Source of the DNA: a virus
Lineage: Duplodnaviria > Caudoviricetes
Virus record (IMG/VR): IMGVR_UViG_3300045110_000292
Span: 1 to 52,583 of that record
Length of the DNA: 52,583 bases
Strand: one strand, 5' to 3'
Made by a program: the position numbers and the translations under genes. Below, piece after piece: positions 18,343-26,933 of the stretch (positions are counted from its first letter, which is position 1; every line of letters begins with the position of its first letter). Under the pieces are notes generated by a model that was not told the origin of the DNA, ran no database searches, and worked only from the letters and a program-made list of their open reading frames with translations.

Positions 18343-18527
18343 ACGACCACAACATCAACGCTCCGTTGCCGAACTATCCGCAGTATCAGCCACTTCCTCC
18401 TGGCACTGAACTGGTGATTGAGAAGATGCACAAACCGTTGATGAAACTTTTGAAGCAGAAAATGATGAAGCCTCGCAAACTCAGCATCAAAGCCATGCGC
18501 AGACTTCCGAAGAAGAAAATCGTGTGA
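18339..18527 (+). CDS. Small basic hypothetical protein
   Basis: 62 aa; GTGA overlaps at both ends. Confidence 0.55.
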   Translation: MNDHNINAPLPNYPQYQPLPPGTELVIEKMHKPLMKLLKQKMMKPRKLSIKAMRRLPKKKIV

Positions 18528-18769
18528 GGTTCATTCGCAAATCCGATTTGATCGAAGCCGTTCGCTGGAAAGGTGAAAACAAAACGGAGGTCAACGCCTT
18601 CGTTAAAGTGCCGACGGAATTCCAGAACAGGCAGTGCGTGATTCATTACGACTCACTCCTTCGTGCCGAACCCGGCGACTGGATTATCAGGCATTGGGAC
18701 GGCCGGTACGAGACGATGACGGACATTGTTTTCAATCACAACTATCAACTGTTCTCAGTAAGATCGTAA
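18524..18769 (+). CDS. Hypothetical phage protein
   Basis: IEAVRWKGEN...AEPGDWII pattern seen in small phage proteins. Confidence 0.65.
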   Translation: MRFIRKSDLIEAVRWKGENKTEVNAFVKVPTEFQNRQCVIHYDSLLRAEPGDWIIRHWDGRYETMTDIVFNHNYQLFSVRS

Positions 18770-18772
18770 TTT

Positions 18773-19111
18773 ATGTCAATACCATCAACACCACCCGAAG
18801 TCGGAAAGCAGGGATTCAAAGTCCCCGATTACAACCGTAGCCCCAAAGCGAGATTCAGAGATTCAGGCGACAACGTGTCGAAGCACTCTCGCATTGTTGA
18901 AAGTGCTGAGTTCGTTCGAGGCTGTGACTTTGCGCTCATGCAAATGTTCCACGAACTCGCCCCTGCATCCGTGGACGCGAACACCGCGGCAAAGAACCAA
19001 ATGATGCTGACCGGGGCACAATTGTTTCTAAACATTTTTCGCACACTCGGTCAGGAACCAATGCGAATGCCGACGATTGTTGACCGTGACAATCTGACGC
19101 ACGCTCAATAA
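18773..19111 (+). CDS. Hypothetical protein (head module)
   Basis: 112 aa directly upstream of the scaffold. Confidence 0.7.
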   Translation: MSIPSTPPEVGKQGFKVPDYNRSPKARFRDSGDNVSKHSRIVESAEFVRGCDFALMQMFHELAPASVDANTAAKNQMMLTGAQLFLNIFRTLGQEPMRMPTIVDRDNLTHAQ

Positions 19112-19120
19112 TCTTCCACT

Positions 19121-20404
19121 ATGGCCGATCTCGCCCCTCCTCCATCTGGTGCTCCTCAAGTCACGATCGTTCCGGCAAAGCCAACGCCGGGGATTAAGAT
19201 GCCAGGGGAGATCCACATTGGCGGCACGCCTTCGACTTCGACTGTGCCTGAGCCACCAAAGCCAGGATCGGCAAAAGAAGCGTTGGGCAAACGATTGGCA
19301 GAGAAGGGGGCGAAACCGCCGACACCGGAGACTCCCCCTGCGCCAGCAACGCCTCAGACACCGAAGCCCGGTGAGGTTCCGACTGGAGCGAAGCCGCCAG
19401 AGACACCTGCGGCGGCCGCGCCTGAAACGACAGAGACTCCTGCTGTCGATCCCAAGACAGGCAAACCGCCCAAGGAATCACCGTGGAAGATCATCGACGG
19501 TTACAAGGAACGACTGGCAAAGGCTGAACGGGCACTGCTCGAAGCTGGCAAGGGCGGCATACCAAAAGAGGTCCAGGAGCGGATTACCAAAGCCGAAGCA
19601 CGCGCCAAAGAACTTGAGGATGAAATCCGATTCGTCAATTACGAGAAGTCGCCGGAGTTCAAGACGAAGTATGGTGATCCCTACGACGCGGCATGGAAGC
19701 GCGCAGTTGCCGAAGTCTCCGAAATCCCAGTCAATGACAACGGCGCATCTCGACCTGCAACTTCTCAGGACATTCTCGACCTGGTAAACCTTCCCCTCGG
19801 TGCGGCAAGGAGTCTCGCCAATGAACGGTTTGGTGAGTTCGCTGATGACGTGATGGCGCATCGAAAAGAGATTCGCGGACTGTTCGATCAGCGTCAGGCT
19901 GCTCTTGAGGAGGCGCGAAAGACTGGCACGCAGAGAGAGCAGGAATTGCAACAGCAGCGTCAGGCGAATCAGGAAAAGATCGTCGGTGAGATCAAAACTG
20001 AATGGCAGAAAGCCAATGATGAAGCCTTGGCCGATGAAAAGAACGGGTCATTTTTCAAACCCATCGAAGGTGACGAACATTGGAATCAGCGACTCGCCAA
20101 AGGGTTCGAACTCGTTGACCGTGCATTCAGCGAGAATCCCGAAGCACCCAACCTCACCCCCGAACAACGTAAATCAATTGTGCGTCGTCATGCGGCTGTG
20201 CGAAACAGGGCTGCCGCATTTGGTCCGATGAAGCACAAGATTTCGACCCTCGAAACCAAGCTGGCGGAACTCACCAAAGAACTCGAACAGTTCAAAGGCA
20301 GCGAGCCAGCAGCGGGCGGCAGGCAGCCATCGAACGGCGCCCAGGAACCAGCGAGTGCGAAGCAAAGCGTGTTCGGCAAGCTGAGGACGTTGGGGGCGAA
20401 GTGA
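19121..20404 (+). CDS. Probable capsid scaffolding protein
   Basis: Pro/Thr-rich disordered N-terminus plus long charged coiled coil, immediately upstream of the capsid gene. Confidence 0.75.
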   Translation: MADLAPPPSGAPQVTIVPAKPTPGIKMPGEIHIGGTPSTSTVPEPPKPGSAKEALGKRLAEKGAKPPTPETPPAPATPQTPKPGEVPTGAKPPETPAAAAPETTETPAVDPKTGKPPKESPWKIIDGYKERLAKAERALLEAGKGGIPKEVQERITKAEARAKELEDEIRFVNYEKSPEFKTKYGDPYDAAWKRAVAEVSEIPVNDNGASRPATSQDILDLVNLPLGAARSLANERFGEFADDVMAHRKEIRGLFDQRQAALEEARKTGTQREQELQQQRQANQEKIVGEIKTEWQKANDEALADEKNGSFFKPIEGDEHWNQRLAKGFELVDRAFSENPEAPNLTPEQRKSIVRRHAAVRNRAAAFGPMKHKISTLETKLAELTKELEQFKGSEPAAGGRQPSNGAQEPASAKQSVFGKLRTLGAK

Positions 20405-20412
20405 AATAGTTG

Positions 20413-20441
20413 TTGCGGTCCTTCGGAAAGGGGAGTAAACG
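20413..20441 (+). promoter_or_regulatory. Putative promoter for the capsid gene
   Basis: TTGCGG-N17-TAAACG. Confidence 0.5.
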
Positions 20442-20564
20442 TCCATTGTCAGGTAAAGCCTGATCGGACAGTTGGGATAGACCACTGACAGTCGGCAAAG
20501 ACCGGCAAGCGGCGGTTCCGCTTCTTAAACCAGTTCCCACGGTTAGTGAAGCGTTATGTCCATT
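20441..20564 (+). ncRNA. Putative structured leader RNA upstream of the capsid gene
   Basis: Stems tcagg/cctga, ggaca/tgtcc, cagt/actg, aagcgg/ccgctt, cgcttc/gaagcg and aacc/ggtt. Confidence 0.4.
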
Positions 20565-20592
20565 ACGAAACAATAGAACCGAATTCTTTTTT

Positions 20593-22077
20593 ATGAGTTG
20601 CCCAACAAATTTTATCACGGGTTGCGATTTTGCACAGTTTTTGGTAAATGAAACCCCTCGATTCGACGAACTCATCATGGAGGACATCCGTGTCACGGAT
20701 TCGTGGCTCGGAAACGTCTCCACCGGCACGAGTCCGATGGGAACACCGTCTGAGATCACCCAGGATCGTTTCCGGCACGTTTGGCCCAACACCACGAAGC
20801 CCTGGCGCCGTGTGGCATCGGCTGGCGTTGGCTGTACCGGAAACCCTTGCGATCCACCGGCTCATCAAATCGGTTGGGGCGCCGATCGGTTGACGTACTA
20901 CACCGAGGAAACGACGTTCGAAACTCCGCTGCTCTGTTACGACCAGGAGATGCACGTCACTCACGCCGAGCAGCACCTTGCCCAGATCATCAACGACATT
21001 CTTCGACCGGCGACCAGCGCCATCGCCAGCATGTTTTTGCGCAAGCGCGCGCTTCTGTGGGCGAAGTATTTGCAGGTGGCAAACTCCGCCCTGTCGGCAT
21101 TCAACTTCCAGTGGAACCTCGATGCCAACGGCAACGAAGTGTTCTTCGATTCGAACATCAATCCAAACAACGTGTTCCATCTGGTTCCCCAGATGCTTCA
21201 ATACAATTTCCAACTGGCGATGCTGGAAGGCTATGCCGGTCGGAACCCGTTCAAAGACACGGCTCCGTTCATCGAACTCGTCACCGACATCGAGTCGCTG
21301 TGGTTCCTGGACAAGTTGGGCGGTCAGCAAGGCGTTGGTGGAGGCGACCTTCCGAATACTCTCGCCAACTGGCGCTTCACCGAATGGGGAGCGGCCAATG
21401 AGTACTGGCGCTATGGCTATTCCGGTCAGATCGGAAACTACATGGCGCGCACCGACATGATGGGCTTGCGCTTCAACTTCGTGGCCGACCTGGGTGCGGC
21501 TGCCAACGGCGGAAATGGAAATCGGTTCCGCTATCAGTTACTCCTGCCGTACGTGAACGGTATCTCATCCGGCGCCGGTGGCGCGGCCGGACTGGGTGAC
21601 ACGCCGAGCTTGGCGTATCAGAATGCGCACTTCGCGATCTCCTTCCAGTGGCATAAGCGGGGTATGGAATTGCTGGTCCCCGACGCGAGGCCGATCAATC
21701 CGGAGATGCCGTTCGGTCATCGTGATTTCGGTGGCAAGTGGCGGTTTTTGATGAACAACCTTGGCGCCGATGCCAACGGTGTTGCCATCAACAACAAGTG
21801 GGAAAACAAAGGGCAGTTTGCGGCGTGGTTCAAATACCTCATTCGCCCGCTACACACGGAGTTCATCCGAGCGTACTTCCACGGCCGGGAACCGATGTGC
21901 ATACCAAACATCGGATTCTGCTCGCCCGATCCTGGCTACCCTGCTCAGGTTTACTCGAGCACGCTGCCGGTCTGTCCGTTGCCTGCTTCCTTCGCTGGAT
22001 TGTTTGGCTCTGGCGTGCCGTTCCCTGGCGGTCCCGACGCACCAGACTTGCCTTTCGTTCCGCCTCCTGATGTATAA
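20593..22077 (+). CDS. Probable major capsid protein
   Basis: 494 aa after scaffold and promoter; many C/G-ending codons; followed by a strong hairpin; largely a positional call. Confidence 0.8.
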   Translation: MSCPTNFITGCDFAQFLVNETPRFDELIMEDIRVTDSWLGNVSTGTSPMGTPSEITQDRFRHVWPNTTKPWRRVASAGVGCTGNPCDPPAHQIGWGADRLTYYTEETTFETPLLCYDQEMHVTHAEQHLAQIINDILRPATSAIASMFLRKRALLWAKYLQVANSALSAFNFQWNLDANGNEVFFDSNINPNNVFHLVPQMLQYNFQLAMLEGYAGRNPFKDTAPFIELVTDIESLWFLDKLGGQQGVGGGDLPNTLANWRFTEWGAANEYWRYGYSGQIGNYMARTDMMGLRFNFVADLGAAANGGNGNRFRYQLLLPYVNGISSGAGGAAGLGDTPSLAYQNAHFAISFQWHKRGMELLVPDARPINPEMPFGHRDFGGKWRFLMNNLGADANGVAINNKWENKGQFAAWFKYLIRPLHTEFIRAYFHGREPMCIPNIGFCSPDPGYPAQVYSSTLPVCPLPASFAGLFGSGVPFPGGPDAPDLPFVPPPDV

Positions 22078-22097
22078 TTAGTTTGCGTTCAGTGCGG

Positions 22098-22129
22098 GGT
22101 TGCCTCAAGCGTGGCCGCGTGAGGCAACC
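22098..22129 (+). terminator. Stem-loop after the capsid gene
   Basis: Perfect 10-bp stem ggttgcctca/tgaggcaacc; no clear U-tract. Confidence 0.55.
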
Positions 22130-22146
22130 TCCATCCCACAACTGTT

Positions 22147-22434
22147 ATGGACCTATATGACGATGAGGACGGATCGGTTCAAAACAAACCGACTGCCCAG
22201 GCTGAACCCGAAAAGAAGGGGGACGGCGACTCCGATCAACCGACCGCGATTATACCCAAGAGTCTGCTTGCGGGTAAAACGTTCGAGGTTGGTGACTCCG
22301 TGGTTTTGAAGATCAAGGCCATGCACGAGGATGACGTTGAGGTTGCCTATGACACATCGGGAACCAAAGACGAACAGTCAGGGGGATCGAAATCCTCGAT
22401 GCCGGAATCCTCCGCGGGGTCCGATTACGATTAG
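22147..22434 (+). CDS. Acidic hypothetical protein
   Basis: 95 aa; core FEVGDSVVLKIKAMHEDDVEV. Confidence 0.7.
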   Translation: MDLYDDEDGSVQNKPTAQAEPEKKGDGDSDQPTAIIPKSLLAGKTFEVGDSVVLKIKAMHEDDVEVAYDTSGTKDEQSGGSKSSMPESSAGSDYD

Positions 22435-22441
22435 GCCCTGG

Positions 22442-22510
22442 ATGGCGTGGGTGATATTTACCCTGCTCCTGGCGGTGTGGTGTTGGGTGTTGTGGAAGTT
22501 TAACCGATGA
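22442..22510 (+). CDS. Possible 22-aa membrane peptide
   Basis: MAWVIFTLLLAVWCWVLWKFNR fills the gap between flanking genes. Confidence 0.35.
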   Translation: MAWVIFTLLLAVWCWVLWKFNR

Positions 22511-22516
22511 AGTTGT

Positions 22517-23062
22517 GTGGCAAATGATCCTCAATCGCTTAACTCTCAGGCGCAATGCTACCTGTGTTTCGGAGTCTCTGAAACCGAGGCGCTTGGACTG
22601 GCCTTGCTCGCGAACATTGCCAATGCAACGGTCACGCCGATCACGCCGGTAACACCGCTCGAACCTATGGTCATCGACTTATTTGCAGTCGGCCAGAACA
22701 ACCCAGTGGCCGCGACCACTTACTTCGTTGGGAAATTTTCCGTTCATGTCAACAATACGGTTTACGGATTTGCGATAGTTGACATTCCTCGCGCAGGCAC
22801 GATTAAGCGTGTGTTTTACTTCGTGGATCAAGGTGTGGCGGGCACTGTCGGACAGAACATTACGCACGCCATTACAATTAATAATGCTGTTGATGTTGCG
22901 GTTTCAGCGTTCGATTATAGCGTCATTCCGACCAGTTCTGTCGTCAACTTGTCTCAGGCAGTGAATCAGGGGGATGCAATTGCATTCAAAATAACTACCC
23001 CCGCAGTGTGGACCACCCCGGCAACATCTGTCAGGATGTTCGCACAGGTTTATATCGAATGA
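22517..23062 (+). CDS. Virion decoration/fibre candidate: shared N-terminal module plus beta-sandwich domain
   Basis: MANDPQSLNSQAQCYLCFGVSETEALGLALL, Thr/Pro linker, beta-rich C-domain. Confidence 0.75.
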   Translation: MANDPQSLNSQAQCYLCFGVSETEALGLALLANIANATVTPITPVTPLEPMVIDLFAVGQNNPVAATTYFVGKFSVHVNNTVYGFAIVDIPRAGTIKRVFYFVDQGVAGTVGQNITHAITINNAVDVAVSAFDYSVIPTSSVVNLSQAVNQGDAIAFKITTPAVWTTPATSVRMFAQVYIE

Positions 23063-23063
23063 T

Positions 23064-23300
23064 ATGGCGACCGACGCTCAATCACTCCTGACTCAAGCCA
23101 GCCCGTACATCGGCTTCGGCACGTCGATTTATCAGGGACTCAAAATAGCCCTGCTCGTGCAAATCGCTTTGGCGCACAACCCGGCTGCCAACGTTACTCC
23201 GCAGGCGCTAATCACAGCAGGTCGATGCAACGCCTGCTTTGCCAATCTGGATGTGGGCAGGATCATGGAACTTCAACTCCTGACCATCATCGCGTCGTGA
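23064..23300 (+). CDS. Small protein with two degenerate copies of the shared module
   Basis: MATDAQSLLTQA...LKIALL and TPQALITAGRCNACF...MELQLL. Confidence 0.75.
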   Translation: MATDAQSLLTQASPYIGFGTSIYQGLKIALLVQIALAHNPAANVTPQALITAGRCNACFANLDVGRIMELQLLTIIAS

Positions 23301-23301
23301 T

Positions 23302-23502
23302 GTGGCAACTGACGCTCAATCTCTTGTCGATCAGTCGAAGTGCTATCTGTGTTTTGGGGTGTCGGAGGCAGAAGCATTAGAACTCGCTTTGCTTAAAACA
23401 TTGGTCGAGAGCGGAACTGGTTCGGGATCTGGGACTGCGATTGAAACTGAATCGTCACAAGATATATTGACGGAATTGGGCGACACTCTGGTAACTGAAT
23501 GA
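23302..23502 (+). CDS. Small protein: shared module plus acidic tail
   Basis: MATDAQSLVDQSKCYLCFGVSEAEALELALL, GSGSG linker, IETESSQDILTELGDTLVTE. Confidence 0.75.
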   Translation: MATDAQSLVDQSKCYLCFGVSEAEALELALLKTLVESGTGSGSGTAIETESSQDILTELGDTLVTE

Positions 23503-23633
23503 TGTTTGAAACATTTCCTCTTTCCGGACCTGAGCCGAAACCGATCCCTCTCGGTGTGGACATCACCACAGAGGACGGAGACCCACTCGAACCCGACGAC
23601 GATATAACACTTCTCACCGAACAAGATTTATGA
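23502..23633 (+). CDS. Small acidic protein (43 aa)
   Basis: MFETFPLSGPEPKPIPLGVDITTEDGDPLEPDDDITLLTEQDL; overlaps both neighbours. Confidence 0.55.
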   Translation: MFETFPLSGPEPKPIPLGVDITTEDGDPLEPDDDITLLTEQDL

Positions 23634-24067
23634 GCGTAAAGATTTCAGCACTGCCAGCAGCAGCGGCCGCGGCGGGAACAGACCAACACCCGGTTAATCA
23701 AGGTGGAACTACCAAGCGTTTGACCAACGCTCAAATCGCGACGTTCATTCAGACTGCACTGACACAGCTTTCGATCAACGGTGGAATTGCGCTTATTAAT
23801 TCGGATGGGTCGGCTCAGTTCGCCGGTTTAAACATTAATGCTGTTGGGGACATTGATACGAATGGATCTATCACTATAAACGCTGGTCAAGTTCAGTTGA
23901 ACAACGACGGAAGCGCCTTCTTTGCAAACGGAGTTACTCGAATTGACATTGCAGGCGTGATTTCCGTCAACGGACTTTCTGGAATCACTGGAAACTTTTC
24001 CATTCTTGTCGCCGGAGTGCCCAAGACGTTCCACTTCGAGGGCGGAATCCTGACCAGTGTGACATGA
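23630..24067 (+). CDS. Short fibre-like protein
   Basis: N-terminal KISALPAA motif seen in phage fibre/spike proteins; Gly/Asn beta-repeats (INSDGSAQFA, LNNDGSAFFA). Confidence 0.65.
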   Translation: MSVKISALPAAAAAAGTDQHPVNQGGTTKRLTNAQIATFIQTALTQLSINGGIALINSDGSAQFAGLNINAVGDIDTNGSITINAGQVQLNNDGSAFFANGVTRIDIAGVISVNGLSGITGNFSILVAGVPKTFHFEGGILTSVT

Positions 24068-24068
24068 G

Positions 24069-25007
24069 ATGGCGCTCGACCCTCAATCTCTTCTCACACT
24101 CGCCCAGTGCTACCTCTGCAATGGGGTCAGCATGGATGAGGCGATGGAACTGGCGTTGCTACAACCCCTCGCTGCCAACGGAATATCCACTCCTACAGAT
24201 CCGGTTGTTTTAGATTATGTTGCCCGCCTGACGGCCCTGAGCGGAACTGCTCCAAGCTCGGACTTCGTATCTGCAATGGACGTTTACGTAAAAGGTATGA
24301 GAGCAGACGGTATTTGGGGCAATATGATAGTCGTTCATATACTCCCCAATTTCTTTGGTGCAGCAAGTTTGACGACACCTCTTTTGGTTGGTCCGAGCGC
24401 GTTTGTTAATGGACCTCCTGCCACAAATCCGTTTCTCAACGCAGACCTGACTAACGCTGGACTTTGCCCGAACGGTGGAAACAAATTTCTGAACGTTGGA
24501 TGCACACCTGCAGTCATGTGGTCATCCGCATCGAATATCGGGTTTTCGTCTTACGTGGCAGTTTATGTCGGCAACGGGAACGTGACATCAATGGGCTGTA
24601 CTGGTGGTGGAAATCTGTTGCAGTTTTTTGAAGGCACCGCAGCCGCCAATGTGGAATTAGACTGCCTTAACAATGCCAACGATGTTGCGTTAGCCAATCC
24701 GGCGCCAGCACTCGGCGGTTTTTACACAGGAAACAGAATAGCGAACAACGACTCGCGGTTGTTCTTTGGAAATTCGACGAACGCTTTCGGCCAGATCGGA
24801 GCCACCCAAGTCAATGTGATGACGGGAACTTTAGTCGGACTCCTGCCAATTTGGGCGATGGGAACAAATAACGGTGGCCCATTGTTCAACACTAATCGAA
24901 CGATCTCGTACCTCGCTTGGCATACAGGCATGACTGGCACCCAGGCCGCGAAACATTTCTCGCGCGTCCAGACGTTGAGGACATCTATGGGTGGCGGTTT
25001 CGTTTGA
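24069..25007 (+). CDS. Virion decoration/receptor-binding candidate: shared module plus lectin-like domain
   Basis: MALDPQSLLTLAQCYLCNGVSMDEAMELALL; helical region (YVKGMRADGIW) followed by a beta-rich domain. Confidence 0.75.
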   Translation: MALDPQSLLTLAQCYLCNGVSMDEAMELALLQPLAANGISTPTDPVVLDYVARLTALSGTAPSSDFVSAMDVYVKGMRADGIWGNMIVVHILPNFFGAASLTTPLLVGPSAFVNGPPATNPFLNADLTNAGLCPNGGNKFLNVGCTPAVMWSSASNIGFSSYVAVYVGNGNVTSMGCTGGGNLLQFFEGTAAANVELDCLNNANDVALANPAPALGGFYTGNRIANNDSRLFFGNSTNAFGQIGATQVNVMTGTLVGLLPIWAMGTNNGGPLFNTNRTISYLAWHTGMTGTQAAKHFSRVQTLRTSMGGGFV

Positions 25008-25008
25008 T

Positions 25009-25218
25009 ATGTCCGACGCTGTTGTTATTGCGATCATCGTCGGCATACCCGCAACGATTTCCGCCATTGGAACCGTGCTGAACAACATCAAAATGAAACA
25101 CGTCATCCACAATACCAATAGTATCAAGGATGAACTTGTTGCGGCGACGGCCAAGGGGTCATTCGCTGCGGGACGAAAAGCGGAGAAGGAGCAGGCATCG
25201 GGGACTTCCCCCCGTTGA
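25009..25218 (+). CDS. Small membrane protein, holin-like
   Basis: Single N-terminal hydrophobic segment with a charged C-terminus. Confidence 0.5.
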   Translation: MSDAVVIAIIVGIPATISAIGTVLNNIKMKHVIHNTNSIKDELVAATAKGSFAAGRKAEKEQASGTSPR

Positions 25219-25251
25219 ACACCCACCTTTACGGAGTATGTTCTTCCGTAA

Positions 25252-25644
25252 ATGAGCGAGCGTTTGGAACAAAACATTCACGACCTTGCGAGTGCCGTTC
25301 ACTCGCTGGCGCATCAACTCAAAAATGATGTGGAAACAAGGATCAGCCAACTCGCGACAAAAGACGATCTGCACCGCACCGAAAGACACATTATGCAAGC
25401 AATCACCGACTTCTCAAATCAGGCGACTCAAGACAATGTTGCCACTAATGCAAATCTGGACGCCATCGTAACCGGCATTGCCGCGCTCGATGCGTTGATT
25501 ACCTCTCTTCAACTGGCGAGCACTCTGACGGCTGCTGACCAGGCCGCTCTGGACGCTGTTTCGGCGTTGAGCAGGGCCTTGGTTGCCCGGACCTCCGGCA
25601 TCTCGACGGCACCCCCCGTCACACTCGCCCGTCAAGGCGCGTAA
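25252..25644 (+). CDS. Hypothetical coiled-coil protein
   Basis: 130 aa, Ala-rich and helical. Confidence 0.65.
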   Translation: MSERLEQNIHDLASAVHSLAHQLKNDVETRISQLATKDDLHRTERHIMQAITDFSNQATQDNVATNANLDAIVTGIAALDALITSLQLASTLTAADQAALDAVSALSRALVARTSGISTAPPVTLARQGA

Positions 25645-25654
25645 CCTTTCACCG

Positions 25655-25697
25655 AGCACGGGGACCGATTTTTCATAGGGGATCGGTCTGCCGTGCT
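25655..25697 (+). terminator. Stem-loop / putative terminator
   Basis: agcacgg/ccgtgct with an inner gaccgat/atcggtc stem. Confidence 0.55.
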
Positions 25698-25730
25698 TGC
25701 TTTGCCTGTTGGAAACACTACGCTTCCGAA

Positions 25731-25940
25731 ATGAAACGAGTTCTGTCACTCCTACCGCTGGTTTTGCTGTGCGGCTGTTCCTCGACAAACATTACGGACC
25801 TGACCAAGGCTCTCGCCAAAGACCCGGCCATCGTGATTGTCAAAGTGGGATCGGTCTACGGAACCCTATCGTTCGTCAGAGTCGGTTCGCAGACGAACGG
25901 AGTCACGGTTTCGCCTGATGGCTCGGTTTCCATTAAGTGA
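25731..25940 (+). CDS. Small lipoprotein
   Basis: MKRVLSLLPLVLLCGC signal with a lipobox-like Cys. Confidence 0.7.
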   Translation: MKRVLSLLPLVLLCGCSSTNITDLTKALAKDPAIVIVKVGSVYGTLSFVRVGSQTNGVTVSPDGSVSIK

Positions 25941-26087
25941 CTTCACTGCAATCTCCGCCCGAAGTTCCGCTAATTCCTTTCTCAGGTCAGAGATGATTTC
26001 GGATTGAGAGAGAATCCTTTGCTGGTATTCACGCAGCTCATCCCTGAGTTTTCTGATTGTCTGCCTATCTTCGGATTCTTCGAGCAT
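25866..26087 (-). CDS. Hypothetical coiled-coil protein
   Basis: 73 aa; 3' end overlaps the lipoprotein gene convergently. Confidence 0.5.
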   Translation of the reverse strand: MLEESEDRQTIRKLRDELREYQQRILSQSEIISDLRKELAELRAEIAVKSLNGNRAIRRNRDSVRLRTDSDER

Positions 26088-26202
26088 TGTTGATCCGGCG
26101 ATATGTTAAGAGTTCTCCTCGGGTGTAGCCCATCACGAATCCGAAGGCGCCACACCCGATACCAAAAAGAAAGATTCCGATGACGATCACGGCTGCACCC
26201 AT
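26065..26202 (-). CDS. Small membrane protein (45 aa)
   Basis: MGAAVIVIGIFLFGIGCGAFGFVMGY...; likely real start inside the 26065-26676 ORF. Confidence 0.5.
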   Translation of the reverse strand: MGAAVIVIGIFLFGIGCGAFGFVMGYTRGELLTYRRINNARRIRR

Positions 26203-26933
26203 CGGAAGAACTCTTGAGGTTTTACACCATCGATCTCGATGCAGTCGGGCGGTATCATGCAGATGCCGTCGGCCTGGGAGTGGTAGCCTGAGAAGATCGG
26301 CACGCTGTTCGTAACGGGATCGTAACGACCTCGGTAGGTGTTGATGAGAACGGCGGCCGTACCGACAGTTGTGCCATCCTCGAAAAAGTAGTTGGTTGAA
26401 CTGCATTGATAGCAGATCGACTGCGCAACATCCGACCAATGTGTGAGATCGGTCGATGATTCGAGCGTGACGGAGAAATAAGAGTCGAACACACCGTTCG
26501 TTACCAGCGGTGGATAATATCCAGAGAACGGAGATGGCTCCCATTTCGAGATGTCGAAGTCGTAGCCGTGAAGCGATGTTTGATGATCGAGTACCGATAC
26601 ATGAACCGGGCTGATGTCCTGGTATCTCCCCCTTGGGCTGACATAGCCAGGCGGGGGAAATGATCCTCTCCACCACGGCGGGAACGAGTTCGTCCAGTTG
26701 ACGCGCGTGATCGGAGTATTTGTGACGGGAGGAGGCGGAGGCGGAAGCGACGGATCTGGAATCTGTTTGCAGAGCGACACCAGCGAGTAAACTATGATGC
26801 CGCCCATCGCCAGGGCGATGCAGCCGACGATCAAAGTGCTGTCTTTACCGGGAGGCGGGTCTGTTTGGCACTGAGTCTGTTGTGGGATCGGAAGTACGCA
26901 CGCTATCATTAGAAGGATAACGGGGAGTTTCAT
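26187..26933 (-). CDS. Exported/membrane protein with host-like C-terminal domain
   Basis: Signal peptide, TM segment, poly-Pro, LESSTDLTHW...QEFFR. Confidence 0.7.
   Translation of the reverse strand: MKLPVILLMIACVLPIPQQTQCQTDPPPGKDSTLIVGCIALAMGGIIVYSLVSLCKQIPDPSLPPPPPPVTNTPITRVNWTNSFPPWWRGSFPPPGYVSPRGRYQDISPVHVSVLDHQTSLHGYDFDISKWEPSPFSGYYPPLVTNGVFDSYFSVTLESSTDLTHWSDVAQSICYQCSSTNYFFEDGTTVGTAAVLINTYRGRYDPVTNSVPIFSGYHSQADGICMIPPDCIEIDGVKPQEFFRWVQP

Noticed and set aside
20441-20564. tRNA or a definite c-di-GMP riboswitch call
   Set aside because: No T-loop or acceptor-stem pattern; riboswitch resemblance is only partial, so kept as an unknown structured leader
22517-25007. Diversity-generating retroelement template/variable repeats
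   Set aside because: No reverse transcriptase; differences are not adenine-specific and the repeats are N-terminal
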